64,000 nucleotides of DNA, taken from contig CAWAWS010000033.1 in the NCBI GenBank assembly GCA_963785725.1, positions 160,001-224,000 on the forward strand. The letters are read 5' to 3'. The notes beneath the pieces were generated by a model. That model did no database searches and was not told where the DNA came from. It saw nothing but the letters and a program-made list of their open reading frames with translations. The translations under genes and the position numbers were made by a program. Below are positions 52,160 through 62,209 of the stretch, piece after piece (the stretch's first letter is position 1; each line of letters opens with the position of its first letter). The DNA is from an uncultured delta proteobacterium (lineage in GTDB: Bacteria; Myxococcota_A; Polyangia; Palsa-1104).

Positions 52160-54172
52160 ATGATTCGATTTCGTTATCCCCTGCTGCTCTCGACCGCGCT
52201 TCTCGCTGGCGCGTGCGGCGGTACCGTCGACAGCTCGAGCTGCATCCCGGGCGTCGCCAGCAACGTCACCATCACCATCTCCGGCAGCACCAACACCGTG
52301 CTCCACGGCTGCGGGCTCGGCGACGGCGGCAGCGACGGCGGCGGCACGGTCGGCAGCGGCGGCGGCACCATCGGCGGCGGCGGCGGCGATGCCGGCGGCG
52401 GCGGCAACGGCGGCGGCACGACGTCGAGCGGCGGCGGCGGCGGCACGGTGACCGGCAGCGGCGGCGGCTCGCCTCCCGCCGTCACCCGCGGCGCCACCGT
52501 GCCCTACTGGGAGTTCGAAGCCGAGAGCGCGACGACCAACGGCACCATCATCGGACCGAGCCGCACGTTCGGCGATTTGTCGTCGGAGGCGTCGGGTCGC
52601 AAAGCGGTGACGCTGTCGAACGTCGGGCAGAACGTGTCGTTTACGACGCAAGCGCCGGCGAACTCGATCGTCGTCCGTTATTCGGTGCCGGATACGACCC
52701 AGTCGACGGCGATCGACCCGCAAGCGGCCACGCCGACGCAGACGCTCGGGCTCTATATCAACGGCGCGCGTAAGGCGAGCTTGCAGATGACGTCGCGCTG
52801 GTCGTGGACTTACGGTGACGCGGACTCGCAGAACTCGGGCTCGAACAGCGCGGGCAGCGGCACGGCGCATCACTTCTACGACGAGACGCACCTCATGTTC
52901 GCCGAGGTTCCGGCGGGCGCGACGATCATGCTGCAAAAGGATTCGATGGATACCGCGGCGTCTTACACGATCGATCTCGTCGACTTCGAGGACGTCGGCG
53001 CGCCGCTCACGCAACCGGCCGGCTCGCTATCATTGACCGATTACGGCGCGGTCGCCAATGACGGCAATGATGACGGCCCGGCGCTGCAGAACGCCATCAA
53101 CGACGCGCAGACCAAAGGCAAGACGTTATGGATTCCGGCGGGGACGTTCGACATTCTATTCAACAACATTAGCGACGTGACGAAGCGCAATATCCAGACG
53201 AACGGCATCTTCATTCAGGGCGCGGGTATGTGGTACACGACGCTCAACGGCTTCGGCGCGCAGATCAAGCTCGGCGGCAACACCTGCAGCTTCAGCGACT
53301 TCCTGCTCTCCGGCGACATTACGTTCCGCGACGACACCAAAGGCTATCAGGGTTTCGACGGCCCTTATGGCAAAGGCTCGAAGGTCACCAACGTCTGGAT
53401 CGAGCATACGAACGTCGGATTGTGGGTCGGCCACGGCGCCATGCCGACGCCGGTGACGGCGCCGCTCACCGACGGGCTCGTCGTGCACGGCATCCGCGTG
53501 CGCGACACTTACGCCGACGGCATCAACCTCGCCAATGCCACGAGCAACAGCACCGTCGAGCAGTCGGTCTTCCGCAACACCGGCGATGATTCGATGGCGT
53601 CGTGGAGCTACTCGGGTGACGGCAGCGTCGCGTGCTCGAATGACATGTTCCACTTCAACACCATGCAGGTCAGCTGGCGGGCCGCCTGCATGTCGATTTA
53701 CGGCGGTAACAACATCAGCATGGAGGACAACGTCTGCAGCGACACGACCAACTATCCCGGCATCCTGGTCTCGACGACCTTCTCGCCGCTGCCGCTGACG
53801 GGTACGACGTCGGTGCAGCGCAACACACTGACCCGTGACGGAGGTTTCCACTTCAATCAGCAATATGGCGCCATCAAGTTCTTTGCCGATACGCAGCCGC
53901 TCGGCGGAACGATTACGGTAAAGAACATCGACATCACGGACCCGACGTTTGCCGGCATTCACTTCGGTGGCTCGCAGCAGCAGTCGGGGATTACGATCGA
54001 CACCGTCAATGTCACGAACTACACGACGCAGGGTATTTGGGTGGCGTCGGAGTCGCACGGCACGGCCACGCTGAGCAACGTCACGGTCGCGGGCACGCCC
54101 AACGTCGGGCTGCAGAACGACGCGCCCAACGCCTTTACCGTGACCAAAGGCAGCGGCGACACCGGGTTCTAA
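52160..54172 (+). CDS. GH87-like alpha-1,3-glucanase lipoprotein (paralogue)
   Basis: AGAC lipobox, EAE, ANSIVVRYSVPD, HHFYDE, IDLVDFE, GAGMWYT, NVWIEH, RDTYADGIN, RNTGDD; GGAGG RBS. Confidence 0.87.
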   Translation: MIRFRYPLLLSTALLAGACGGTVDSSSCIPGVASNVTITISGSTNTVLHGCGLGDGGSDGGGTVGSGGGTIGGGGGDAGGGGNGGGTTSSGGGGGTVTGSGGGSPPAVTRGATVPYWEFEAESATTNGTIIGPSRTFGDLSSEASGRKAVTLSNVGQNVSFTTQAPANSIVVRYSVPDTTQSTAIDPQAATPTQTLGLYINGARKASLQMTSRWSWTYGDADSQNSGSNSAGSGTAHHFYDETHLMFAEVPAGATIMLQKDSMDTAASYTIDLVDFEDVGAPLTQPAGSLSLTDYGAVANDGNDDGPALQNAINDAQTKGKTLWIPAGTFDILFNNISDVTKRNIQTNGIFIQGAGMWYTTLNGFGAQIKLGGNTCSFSDFLLSGDITFRDDTKGYQGFDGPYGKGSKVTNVWIEHTNVGLWVGHGAMPTPVTAPLTDGLVVHGIRVRDTYADGINLANATSNSTVEQSVFRNTGDDSMASWSYSGDGSVACSNDMFHFNTMQVSWRAACMSIYGGNNISMEDNVCSDTTNYPGILVSTTFSPLPLTGTTSVQRNTLTRDGGFHFNQQYGAIKFFADTQPLGGTITVKNIDITDPTFAGIHFGGSQQQSGITIDTVNVTNYTTQGIWVASESHGTATLSNVTVAGTPNVGLQNDAPNAFTVTKGSGDTGF

Positions 54173-54183
54173 TCGACACCAAA

Positions 54184-54219
54184 GCGGCGGCCGCGACGAT
54201 CGACGTCCGCGGCCGCCGC
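54184..54219. terminator. GC-rich hairpin between convergent genes
   Basis: GCGGCGGCCGCG / CGCGGCCGCCGC arms 11 nt after the stop at 54172. Confidence 0.5.
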
Positions 54220-54362
54220 CAAAGCCCCGCCCGCTCGCGTCTCTCGCACTATCCGCCAGTCATTCCCGTCAATCCAATCGCACGCGTCGTACCCATCAAA
54301 AGTCCGCTCGCCATGACGATTGATCGTTCCGTTGAGCCAACCATGCGACCTCCGCTGCCGCG

Positions 54363-55247
54363 TTAGGGCTGGCGGAGCTCGGCGAGCAGGAATTGCCAAA
54401 CGGCGGCGACGCGCGGGACCTCGCGCAGCGCGCGCCGACCGACGAGCCATAAGTCGTCGCTGGGCCACTCCGACGCGCTCTCGGCCAACGCCCGCGTATA
54501 TTCGACCGGCGCGAGCCCATGCCGCTCGGCGTGCACCGCCGGCGCCAGCACGAGGCCGAGCCCGCTGCGCGCCGCCGCCAGCTGCGACGGAAAGTGGCTC
54601 GTGCGCAACAAGACGTCGGCCTTCGGCACGTGCTTGGTCAGCCAGCGCGCGACGTGAAAGCTGGCCATGTCGCCGTCCCAACCGATCCACGGCGCGTCCT
54701 CCCAGCGTCGCAAACGACCGAGCGCCTTGTGCAGCTTCGCGGTCGCGGTGGCGACCCAACGCGACGTGCCCAGCTTGGTCACGAGCAGGTCGGCGCCTTC
54801 GGGCGGCACCGAGCGCAGCGCGACATCGGCCTCGTGGCGCGACAAATCGATCACGTGTTGCGACGCGTCAATCTCGATGCGCAGTCGGGGATGGCGCGCG
54901 TGCAGCTTGACGAGCGCCGGCGCGACGAACTCCTGCGCCAAACCGGGCGCGGCGCTCAGCCGCACGACGCCCTCGACGTGTCGCTCGGCGCCCGACGTGT
55001 CGCGCGCGAAGCGGCCTTGCGCGGCCTCCATCGACTCGACCGCGGGCAGGCCGAGCTCGGCCAAGCGCGTCGCCACCAAGCCCTGCCGCGTACGCTCGAA
55101 GAGGCGCGCACCCAGCTCCTCCTCGAGGCCGGCCAAACGCCGGCTCACCGTCGACGTGTCGAGCCCGAGGCGACGCGCGGCCACGCCCAAGCTGCCGGCG
55201 CGAAAGACAGCGAGGAAGAGGCGCAGATCGTCCCAGCTGTGGCGCAT
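54363..55247 (-). CDS. LysR-family transcriptional regulator
   Basis: WDDLRLFLAVFRAGSLGVAARRLGLDTSTVSRRLAGLEEELGARLFER; start 55247 or 55271. Confidence 0.95.
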   Translation of the reverse strand: MRHSWDDLRLFLAVFRAGSLGVAARRLGLDTSTVSRRLAGLEEELGARLFERTRQGLVATRLAELGLPAVESMEAAQGRFARDTSGAERHVEGVVRLSAAPGLAQEFVAPALVKLHARHPRLRIEIDASQHVIDLSRHEADVALRSVPPEGADLLVTKLGTSRWVATATAKLHKALGRLRRWEDAPWIGWDGDMASFHVARWLTKHVPKADVLLRTSHFPSQLAAARSGLGLVLAPAVHAERHGLAPVEYTRALAESASEWPSDDLWLVGRRALREVPRVAAVWQFLLAELRQP

Positions 55248-55324
55248 GAGGTCTTGCGTTTTTGCCGGCATGACTTGTCATCTTGCGTGTTGTCTTGCAT
55301 GGCTGCAACCCGCATCTTGAGGGC

Positions 55325-56350
55325 ATGGAAACCACCGACCTCTCGCTTCCCGCATTGCATGTCGTCCTCGGCGCCGGTCAGATCGGCTCGCGGCTCGCCG
55401 AGCTGCTGCTCGCGCGCGGCCATCGCGTGCGCCTCGTCAAGCGCGGAGCGCCCGGTGCCGCCCGTCCCAACCTCGAGTGGGCGCGCGGCGATCTCATGGA
55501 TCTCGCGTTCGCCGCGGAGGCCACGCGCGGCGCCGCCGTCGTTTATGACTGCATGAATCCGGCCTATCACATGTGGCCGACGCAGCTGTTGCCGATGGCG
55601 CGCGGCGCCTTGCACGGCGCGACGCGGGCCGGCGCGCGGCTCGTCGCGCTCGACTGCCTCTACATGTACGGCCGCCCCGACGGCCCGATGAGCGAAGACA
55701 CGCCGATGCGGCCGTGCTCGAAGAAGGGGCAGCTGCGCGTCGAGCTCGCCAAGCTGCGGCTCGACGCCGATCAGCGCGGCGACGTGCGCGTCGCCATCGG
55801 CCGCGCCAGCGACTTCTTCGGCGCCGATCTGCAGTATTCGGCCTGGAGTGACCGCTTTTATCAGCGCGTGCTCGCCGGCAAAGCAGCGGAGTGCACGGGC
55901 GATCCCGATCAGCCGCACTCGTATACGTATGTCGAGGATGTCGCGCGGGCGCTGGCGACCTTGGGCGAGCGCGAGGAGGCGCTGGGCGCGGTGTGGCATT
56001 TGCCGACGCCGCCGGCCGAGAGCACGCGCGCGCTCACCGAGCGGCTGGGACGCGCGCTCGGGCTGCCGCAGATCGCGGTCAAGCGCGTGCCGAAATTCGT
56101 ATTGCGCGTGGGCGGGCTGTTTCAGCCGGCGCTGGGCGAGCTGGCGGAGATGACGTATCAGTGGGAGATGCCGTATGTCGTCGACGACTCGCGCTTTCGC
56201 CGCGTGTTTGAGCAGGCGCCGACGCCGATCGATGTCGCGGTCGCGGAGGTCGCGGCGTGGGCGCGCAAGCGCTATCAGCTGCCGGCGCAGGCGGCGCGCG
56301 GTGCGGGCGAGCACTCTCGAAGCGATCGCGCGCAGACCGCACGACCATAA
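55325..56350 (+). CDS. NAD-dependent epimerase/dehydratase family protein
   Basis: VLGAGQIG Rossmann motif, LYMYG, RASDFFG, HSYTYVEDVARAL; divergent from LysR. Confidence 0.9.
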   Translation: METTDLSLPALHVVLGAGQIGSRLAELLLARGHRVRLVKRGAPGAARPNLEWARGDLMDLAFAAEATRGAAVVYDCMNPAYHMWPTQLLPMARGALHGATRAGARLVALDCLYMYGRPDGPMSEDTPMRPCSKKGQLRVELAKLRLDADQRGDVRVAIGRASDFFGADLQYSAWSDRFYQRVLAGKAAECTGDPDQPHSYTYVEDVARALATLGEREEALGAVWHLPTPPAESTRALTERLGRALGLPQIAVKRVPKFVLRVGGLFQPALGELAEMTYQWEMPYVVDDSRFRRVFEQAPTPIDVAVAEVAAWARKRYQLPAQAARGAGEHSRSDRAQTARP

Positions 56351-56400
56351 CCGCGCCGTCGTTCGTTCTATCGGCGTTCGAATCGCGTACTGCGCGCGTC

Positions 56401-56910
56401 TTACTTGAGCGCGCGTTTTCGCGGGCGGCGACGCGGGCGCGCGCCATCGGACGCCGTCGGCTTGGCCGCCCCATTCGCCACCGCCGGCTTGGCCGCCCCA
56501 TTCGCCGCCGCCGGCTTGGCCGCGCCATTCGACTTGGCGGCCGCCCCCGCCGCTTTCACCAACGCGCCCTTGCCCTTCGCCGCCGCGGACGCTTCACGCG
56601 ACGCCACTTCGACGGACGCCACTTCGCCATCGAGCGGCGGCTCCCACTCGCCGGTCGCCTCGCGAATTCGCGCGGTGTCGAGCGTACAGATCCGCTTCTG
56701 CCCCACCCGCTCCTTCCGCAGGATGCCGGCGTCGACGAGCACATCCCAGTGATGACAGAGCAGCGCCATGCTGATGCCCAACGACTCCGCCAAGTCCGTG
56801 CCGCACTGCGAACACTTCGACAATAGATCGACGATCTCGACGCGACGCGGGTCGGCCAGCGCCTTGAAAATCTTGGCGCGCTCCTCGGCGGTCATGCGTC
56901 CCGTGCTCAT
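56401..56910 (-). CDS. ArsR/SmtB-family regulator with Ala/Lys-rich repetitive tail
   Basis: IFKALADPRRVEIVDLL...DLAESLGIS...HHWDVLVDAGIL...RVG. Confidence 0.9.
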   Translation of the reverse strand: MSTGRMTAEERAKIFKALADPRRVEIVDLLSKCSQCGTDLAESLGISMALLCHHWDVLVDAGILRKERVGQKRICTLDTARIREATGEWEPPLDGEVASVEVASREASAAAKGKGALVKAAGAAAKSNGAAKPAAANGAAKPAVANGAAKPTASDGARPRRRPRKRALK

Positions 56911-56947
56911 GCTGGAAACATAGCGCTTCTAAACCCTTCGCGCATCG

Positions 56948-57000
56948 CTCAAACATCGGCTTGACTATTGGTCGGTGCGTACTCAAATAGCTGCTTGACT
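56948..57000. promoter_or_regulatory. Duplicated operator candidate in the arsR / RND divergent gap
   Basis: CTCAAACATCGGCTTGACT (56948) and CTCAAATAGCTGCTTGACT (56982), each TCAA-N8-TTGA. Confidence 0.6.
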
Positions 57001-57042
57001 GTTTGACCGTTTGACCAAGCCGCGTTCCCGAAGGAGTCACGG

Positions 57043-58206
57043 ATGACCGCTAACCGCCCGTCCTACCTCGCTTTACCGCTCTCGCTCGCCGCCCTCCTCT
57101 TCGCCGCGCTGCTGCCGGCGTGCAGCCGTCCCGTCGAAGCGAGCGCGCAGCCCGACCAACGCCCACAAGTCACCGTCGCGCGGCCGATTGCGGCGGCCGT
57201 GACCGAGTTCAGCGAGCACACGGGCCGCGCCGAGTCGCCGGAGAGCGTGGAGATTCGGCCACGCGTCGGCGGCAGCATCGTCAAAGCCAACTTCCACGAG
57301 GGCGATCTGGTGAAGAAGGGCGCGCTGCTCTTCGTCATCGACCCGCGGCCTTTCGAAGTGGCGCTGGCGCGGGCCAAGGCCGAATTGGCCAGCATTCGCG
57401 CCGATCACGAGCTGTCGCGCAAGAACCTCGATCGCGCGCAGCAGCTCATGGACGCGCATGCGATTCCGACACGCGACTTCGACGTGCAAAAAGCGCAGCA
57501 GGAGCAGCTGACGGCGCGCGCGGACATGGCGACGGCGGCGATTCGCGCGGCCGAGCTGGACCTCGAATATGCCTACATTCGCTCGCCCATCGATGGACGC
57601 ATCGGTCGTAAGTTGGTCACTGAAGGTAACCTCGTCGGCCCGAGCACGGTTTCGCCGCTGGCGACCGTCGTTTCGGTCGATCCGCTCTACGTTTACGTCG
57701 AGCTGGAAGAGGCGCGCGGGCTCGAGCTCGACCGTGGCAAGTCCTTGCGCGCCGAGATCGGCTTCGCCGGCGAAGACGGCTATCCGCGGCCGGCGCGCGT
57801 CGACTTCATCGACAACCACGTCGAAACCGGCAGCGGCACCGTCAAAGTGCGCGCCGTCATTCCCAATCACGACGGGCGCTTGACGCCGGGATTGTTCGCC
57901 CGCGTGCGCATCCCGCGCGGCGGCGAGCGCAATTCGCTGCTCGTCGCCGACCGCGCCGTTGCCACCGATCAAGAGCATCGCTTCGTCTGGGTCGTCGACG
58001 GCGATCAGAAACTGCAATATCGCGCCGTCACGCTCGGGCCGATTTCGGACGGGTTGCGCGTCATTCGCACCGGGCTCACGCCGACCGATCAAGTGCTCGT
58101 GCGCGGCTTACAGCGCGCCCGCGCCGGCGTCGCCGTAATAGCCGAGCTCGTGCCGATGCGCGCCACCGACGCCGCGGCGAAGGTCAATCAGGGAGCCGCC
58201 CAATGA
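57043..58206 (+). CDS. RND efflux periplasmic adaptor (MexE-like)
   Basis: LPAC lipobox, VEIRPRVGG, LFVIDPRPF, IRSPIDGRIG, LTPGLFARV. Confidence 0.95.
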   Translation: MTANRPSYLALPLSLAALLFAALLPACSRPVEASAQPDQRPQVTVARPIAAAVTEFSEHTGRAESPESVEIRPRVGGSIVKANFHEGDLVKKGALLFVIDPRPFEVALARAKAELASIRADHELSRKNLDRAQQLMDAHAIPTRDFDVQKAQQEQLTARADMATAAIRAAELDLEYAYIRSPIDGRIGRKLVTEGNLVGPSTVSPLATVVSVDPLYVYVELEEARGLELDRGKSLRAEIGFAGEDGYPRPARVDFIDNHVETGSGTVKVRAVIPNHDGRLTPGLFARVRIPRGGERNSLLVADRAVATDQEHRFVWVVDGDQKLQYRAVTLGPISDGLRVIRTGLTPTDQVLVRGLQRARAGVAVIAELVPMRATDAAAKVNQGAAQ

Positions 58207-61200
58207 AGCTCGCTCATTTCTTCATCGACCGGCCGATATTCGCCGGCGTTCTATCGATTATTATCTTCATCCTCGGACTGATATCGATATTCAGGCTGCC
58301 GATATCGGAATATCCCGAGGTCGTGCCGCCGACCGTCGTCGTGCGCGCGCAATATCCCGGCGCCAACCCGCAAGTCATCGCGGAGACGGTGGCGGCGCCG
58401 CTCGAGCAAGAGATCAACGGCGTCGAGGACATGATTTATATGTCGTCGCTGGCCAACTCCGACGGCTCGATGACGCTGACGGTGACGTTTCGGCTCGGCG
58501 CCGACCTCGACCGCGCGCAGGTGCAAGTGCAAAACCGCGTCGCCCAAGCGTTACCGCGCTTGCCGGAAGACGTGCGGCGCTTCGGCGTAACGACGCGCAA
58601 GACGTCGCCCGATTTGACGATGGTCGTGCACTTGTACTCGCCCGATAATCGTTATGACGACACCTATATCCGCAACTACGCGCTGCTGCAGGTCAAGGAC
58701 ACCTTGGCGCGTATTCCCGGAATGGGCGACGTGCAGCTGTTCGGCTCGGGCGATTACAGCATGCGCGTGTGGCTCGACCCGGAGAAGGTCGCGTCGCGCG
58801 GCTTGACGGCGAGCGACGTCGTGCGCGCGCTGCGCGAGCAGAACATCCAGGTCGCCGCCGGCGCGCTCGGGCAGCAGCCGGCGCCACGCGACGCCAGCTT
58901 TCAGATCAGCATCAACGCGCGCGGCCGGCTCGTCGAAGAGTCGGAGTTCGCCGATATCATCGTCAAGACGACGGCCGACGGCGCGCAGGTGCGCTTGGCC
59001 GATATCGCGCGAATCGAATTGGGCGCGAATCAATATGCGTTACGCAGCTTGCTCGACAACAAGCGCGCCGTTGCCATTCCCATCTTTCAAGCGCCGGGCT
59101 CGAACGCGCTGCAGCTGTCGGACACGGTGCGCGCGACAATGAAGGAGCTGTCGAAGAGCTTCCCGCAAGGGCTGACTTACGATGTCGTCTACGATCCGAC
59201 GCGCTTCGTCCGCGCCTCGATCGAAGAGGTCATTCGTACGCTGTTCGAAGCGCTCGTCCTCGTCGTGCTCGTCGTCATTCTGTTCCTGCAGACCTGGCGC
59301 GCGTCGATTATTCCGATCGCGGCCGTTCCCGTCTCGCTCGTCGGCACCTTCGCGATGATGAACATCCTCGGATTCTCCATCAACGCGTTATCGCTATTCG
59401 GGTTGGTGCTCGCCATCGGCATCGTCGTCGACGACGCCATCGTCGTCGTCGAAAACGTCGAGCGCAATATCGCGCTCGGGTTATCGCCCATCGACGCCAC
59501 ACGGCGCGCGATGAACGAAGTGAGCGGACCGATCGTCGCCATCGCGCTCGTCCTGTGCGCGGTCTTCGTACCCATCGGCTTCATCCCCGGCTTGACCGGA
59601 CAGTTCTATCGTCAGTTCGCGCTCACGATCGCCATCTCGACGGTCATTTCGGCGTTCAATTCGCTGACATTGAGCCCGGCGTTGGCGGCGCGATTGCTGC
59701 GCGCGCACGACGCGCCCAAAGATCTGCCGACGCGCTTCATGGATCGCGCCCTCGGCTGGCTGTTCCGTCCATTCAATCGCGTCTTCGACGCGGCTTCCAA
59801 TCGTTATGTCGCGCTCGTGCGCAGCATTCTGCGCCGCTCCGGCGTTGCCATTTTCGCTTACGCCGGCTTATTGGCGTTGACCTATCTCGGCTTCGCCAAA
59901 GTTCCGGGCGGGTTCGTGCCGACGCAGGACAAGCAATATCTCGTCGGCTTCGCGCAGCTCCCGGACGCGGCGTCGCTCGAGCGCTCGGACGAGGTCATTC
60001 GGCGGATGTCGAAGATCGCGCTCGAAACCGAAGGCGTCGAGCACGCGATTGCCTTTCCCGGCTTGTCGATTTCGGGACTGAGCAATAGCCCGAACTCGGG
60101 CGTCGTCTTCGTGGGATTGAAGCCGTTCGAAGAGCGGCGCGGCAAAGGCTTATCGGGGCCGGAGATCGCGGCCACGCTCAATCGTAAGTTCGCGGCCGAG
60201 CAAGACGCGTTCATCGCCGTGTTTCCGCCGCCACCGGTGCAAGGATTGGGGACGATTGGCGGCTGGAAACTGTATGTCGAAGATCGCGCCAATCGCGGCC
60301 CGACCTCGCTCTTTGACGACACGCAAAAGCTGATGGCGGCAGGCGCGAAGTCGAAAGACTTCGTCGGGCTATTCTCGGGATATGAGATCGGAGTGCCGCA
60401 ATTGTTCGCCGATCTCGATCGCCAGAAGGCGAAAGCCGAGGGCGTGGCCATCACCGATGTCTTCGAGACGATGCAGGCCTATTTGGGATCGGTCTACGTA
60501 AACGACTTCAACCGCTTCGGGCGAACGTTTCAGGTGACCGTGCAAGCGGACGCGTCGCATCGAATGACCGCGCAAGATATCCTCGGATTGAAGACGCGGA
60601 ACGCCGACGGCGCGATGGTGCCGCTCGGAAGCATGCTCACCGTGCGCGATACGACCGGGCCCGACCGCGTCACGCGCTATAATGGTTATCCGGCCGCGGA
60701 ATTGAACGGCGGGCCGGCGCCGGGCGTGAGCTCGCGACAGTCGCTGGACGCGATGGCGGCCTTGGCCACGCGTGAATTGCCGCCGGGAACGACATACGAA
60801 TGGACCGATTTGTCGTTCCAGCAGGTGCAAGCGGGCAATACGGCGCTATTGGTGTTTCCGCTGTGTGTGCTCTTGGTCTTCTTGGTTTTGGCAGCCCAAT
60901 ATGAAAGCTGGTCATTGCCGTTGACGGTCATCTTGATCGTGCCGATGTGCTTGTTGGCTGCCATCACCGGTGTTTGGCTCGATGGCAGCGACAACAATAT
61001 CTTCACGCAAATCGGCCTGTTCGTGCTCGTTGGGTTGGCGTGCAAGAACGCCATCCTCATCGTCGAGTTCGCCAAAGACGAGCAAGAGAAGAACGACGAT
61101 CCAATCGCGGCGGTGTTGGCGGCTTGCCGGTTGCGACTGCGCCCCATCTTGATGACTTCGATCGCGTTCATCATGGGTGTTTGGCCGCTCGTCTCGTCGC

Positions 61201-61397
61201 ACGGCGCCGGCGCGGAGATGCGGCGCGCGATGGGTGTCGCCGTCTTCTCGGGAATGATTGGCGTGACCGTCTTCGGCTTGTTGCTGACGCCGGTGTTCTT
61301 CGCGGCGCTGCGGCGGAAGCGGGCCGCGCGCCGCGCTAACGGCGTGGCCGCGGCGCGACCTGCGCCAACGTCGCCGCACGTGCCGACTTCGGCCTGA
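58203..61397 (+). CDS. RND efflux permease (HAE1, MexF/OqxB-like)
   Basis: FFIDRPIFA, LPISEYPEVVPP, AIGIVVDDAIVVVENVER, KNAILIVEFA, RLRPILMTS. Confidence 0.97.
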   Translation: MKLAHFFIDRPIFAGVLSIIIFILGLISIFRLPISEYPEVVPPTVVVRAQYPGANPQVIAETVAAPLEQEINGVEDMIYMSSLANSDGSMTLTVTFRLGADLDRAQVQVQNRVAQALPRLPEDVRRFGVTTRKTSPDLTMVVHLYSPDNRYDDTYIRNYALLQVKDTLARIPGMGDVQLFGSGDYSMRVWLDPEKVASRGLTASDVVRALREQNIQVAAGALGQQPAPRDASFQISINARGRLVEESEFADIIVKTTADGAQVRLADIARIELGANQYALRSLLDNKRAVAIPIFQAPGSNALQLSDTVRATMKELSKSFPQGLTYDVVYDPTRFVRASIEEVIRTLFEALVLVVLVVILFLQTWRASIIPIAAVPVSLVGTFAMMNILGFSINALSLFGLVLAIGIVVDDAIVVVENVERNIALGLSPIDATRRAMNEVSGPIVAIALVLCAVFVPIGFIPGLTGQFYRQFALTIAISTVISAFNSLTLSPALAARLLRAHDAPKDLPTRFMDRALGWLFRPFNRVFDAASNRYVALVRSILRRSGVAIFAYAGLLALTYLGFAKVPGGFVPTQDKQYLVGFAQLPDAASLERSDEVIRRMSKIALETEGVEHAIAFPGLSISGLSNSPNSGVVFVGLKPFEERRGKGLSGPEIAATLNRKFAAEQDAFIAVFPPPPVQGLGTIGGWKLYVEDRANRGPTSLFDDTQKLMAAGAKSKDFVGLFSGYEIGVPQLFADLDRQKAKAEGVAITDVFETMQAYLGSVYVNDFNRFGRTFQVTVQADASHRMTAQDILGLKTRNADGAMVPLGSMLTVRDTTGPDRVTRYNGYPAAELNGGPAPGVSSRQSLDAMAALATRELPPGTTYEWTDLSFQQVQAGNTALLVFPLCVLLVFLVLAAQYESWSLPLTVILIVPMCLLAAITGVWLDGSDNNIFTQIGLFVLVGLACKNAILIVEFAKDEQEKNDDPIAAVLAACRLRLRPILMTSIAFIMGVWPLVSSHGAGAEMRRAMGVAVFSGMIGVTVFGLLLTPVFFAALRRKRAARRANGVAAARPAPTSPHVPTSA

Positions 61398-61408
61398 GCG
61401 ACGCTAAC

Positions 61409-61453
61409 CCGCTAAGGACTAATCATGTGCGATATGTGATGAGTCCTTAGCGG
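61409..61453. terminator. Hairpin between convergent genes, likely bidirectional terminator
   Basis: Perfect 12-bp arms CCGCTAAGGACT / AGTCCTTAGCGG. Confidence 0.65.
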
Positions 61454-61460
61454 AAGCGAC

Positions 61461-62147
61461 TCAGTAGCCGTGCGAATAGACCGAGCTGCTCTCGGGCGGC
61501 GCATCGGCGAACGTCCCGCCAAATCCAAATTCGATACCGCTCACCATATGCATGCGACGCAAGCCGTCACACGTAAAGAGCGCCGGTAAGACTGCCGCCA
61601 AATCCGAGGCGGGCATCGACCACAACGCGTTGGCACCGTGAACGGCGATGGTGAAGATTCCTTTGTTCACGACTGTCGGTAAGCGGAAGAGGCCATTGTA
61701 GTCGTCGCCGGTTCGCTCGACGGAGAAGACGCGCAAGCCGACGTGGCCCTCGATTTTCTGCGCGTTGGCGATGAAGTCGACCGCGAGACCAGATAGGTTA
61801 CCGGTAAAATGCAGTGCATTCTGGGCACCGCGAACGTCGATGGCCATTGGATAGCGGTTGTCGAGTGAGCCGACGACCTGCACGTGATCGCCTTTATGGT
61901 CGACTTCGCTGTCGAGGAACATGCCGCAGACGCGACCGCGAATGGAGCCGCCGGCGGAGCGCAATCCGCTCGACGGATCGCCGGGGCGCGGGTGCGCGTC
62001 TTCGTGTTTGACGGTGAAGGGCTGGCCGCTGAATTGGTAAGTGGCGCGCGGCATCGAGTGGCCGTCGATGACGACGGGACCGGGGCCGGCACAGCCGACG
62101 GCGACCACGCCCAACGCGAGAATGAGTGGGCGAATGGGTGCGAACAT
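61461..62147 (-). CDS. Hypothetical beta-rich lipoprotein
   Basis: MFAPIRPLILALGVVAVGC lipobox after a GAGG RBS; the longer ORF extension is shadow of the next gene. Confidence 0.75.
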   Translation of the reverse strand: MFAPIRPLILALGVVAVGCAGPGPVVIDGHSMPRATYQFSGQPFTVKHEDAHPRPGDPSSGLRSAGGSIRGRVCGMFLDSEVDHKGDHVQVVGSLDNRYPMAIDVRGAQNALHFTGNLSGLAVDFIANAQKIEGHVGLRVFSVERTGDDYNGLFRLPTVVNKGIFTIAVHGANALWSMPASDLAAVLPALFTCDGLRRMHMVSGIEFGFGGTFADAPPESSSVYSHGY

Positions 62148-62209
62148 GGCGATTGTTCCTCGAATGACGTTAAGGATTAAGCGTTCGCGTACGAATAATG
62201 GATTGCGTC

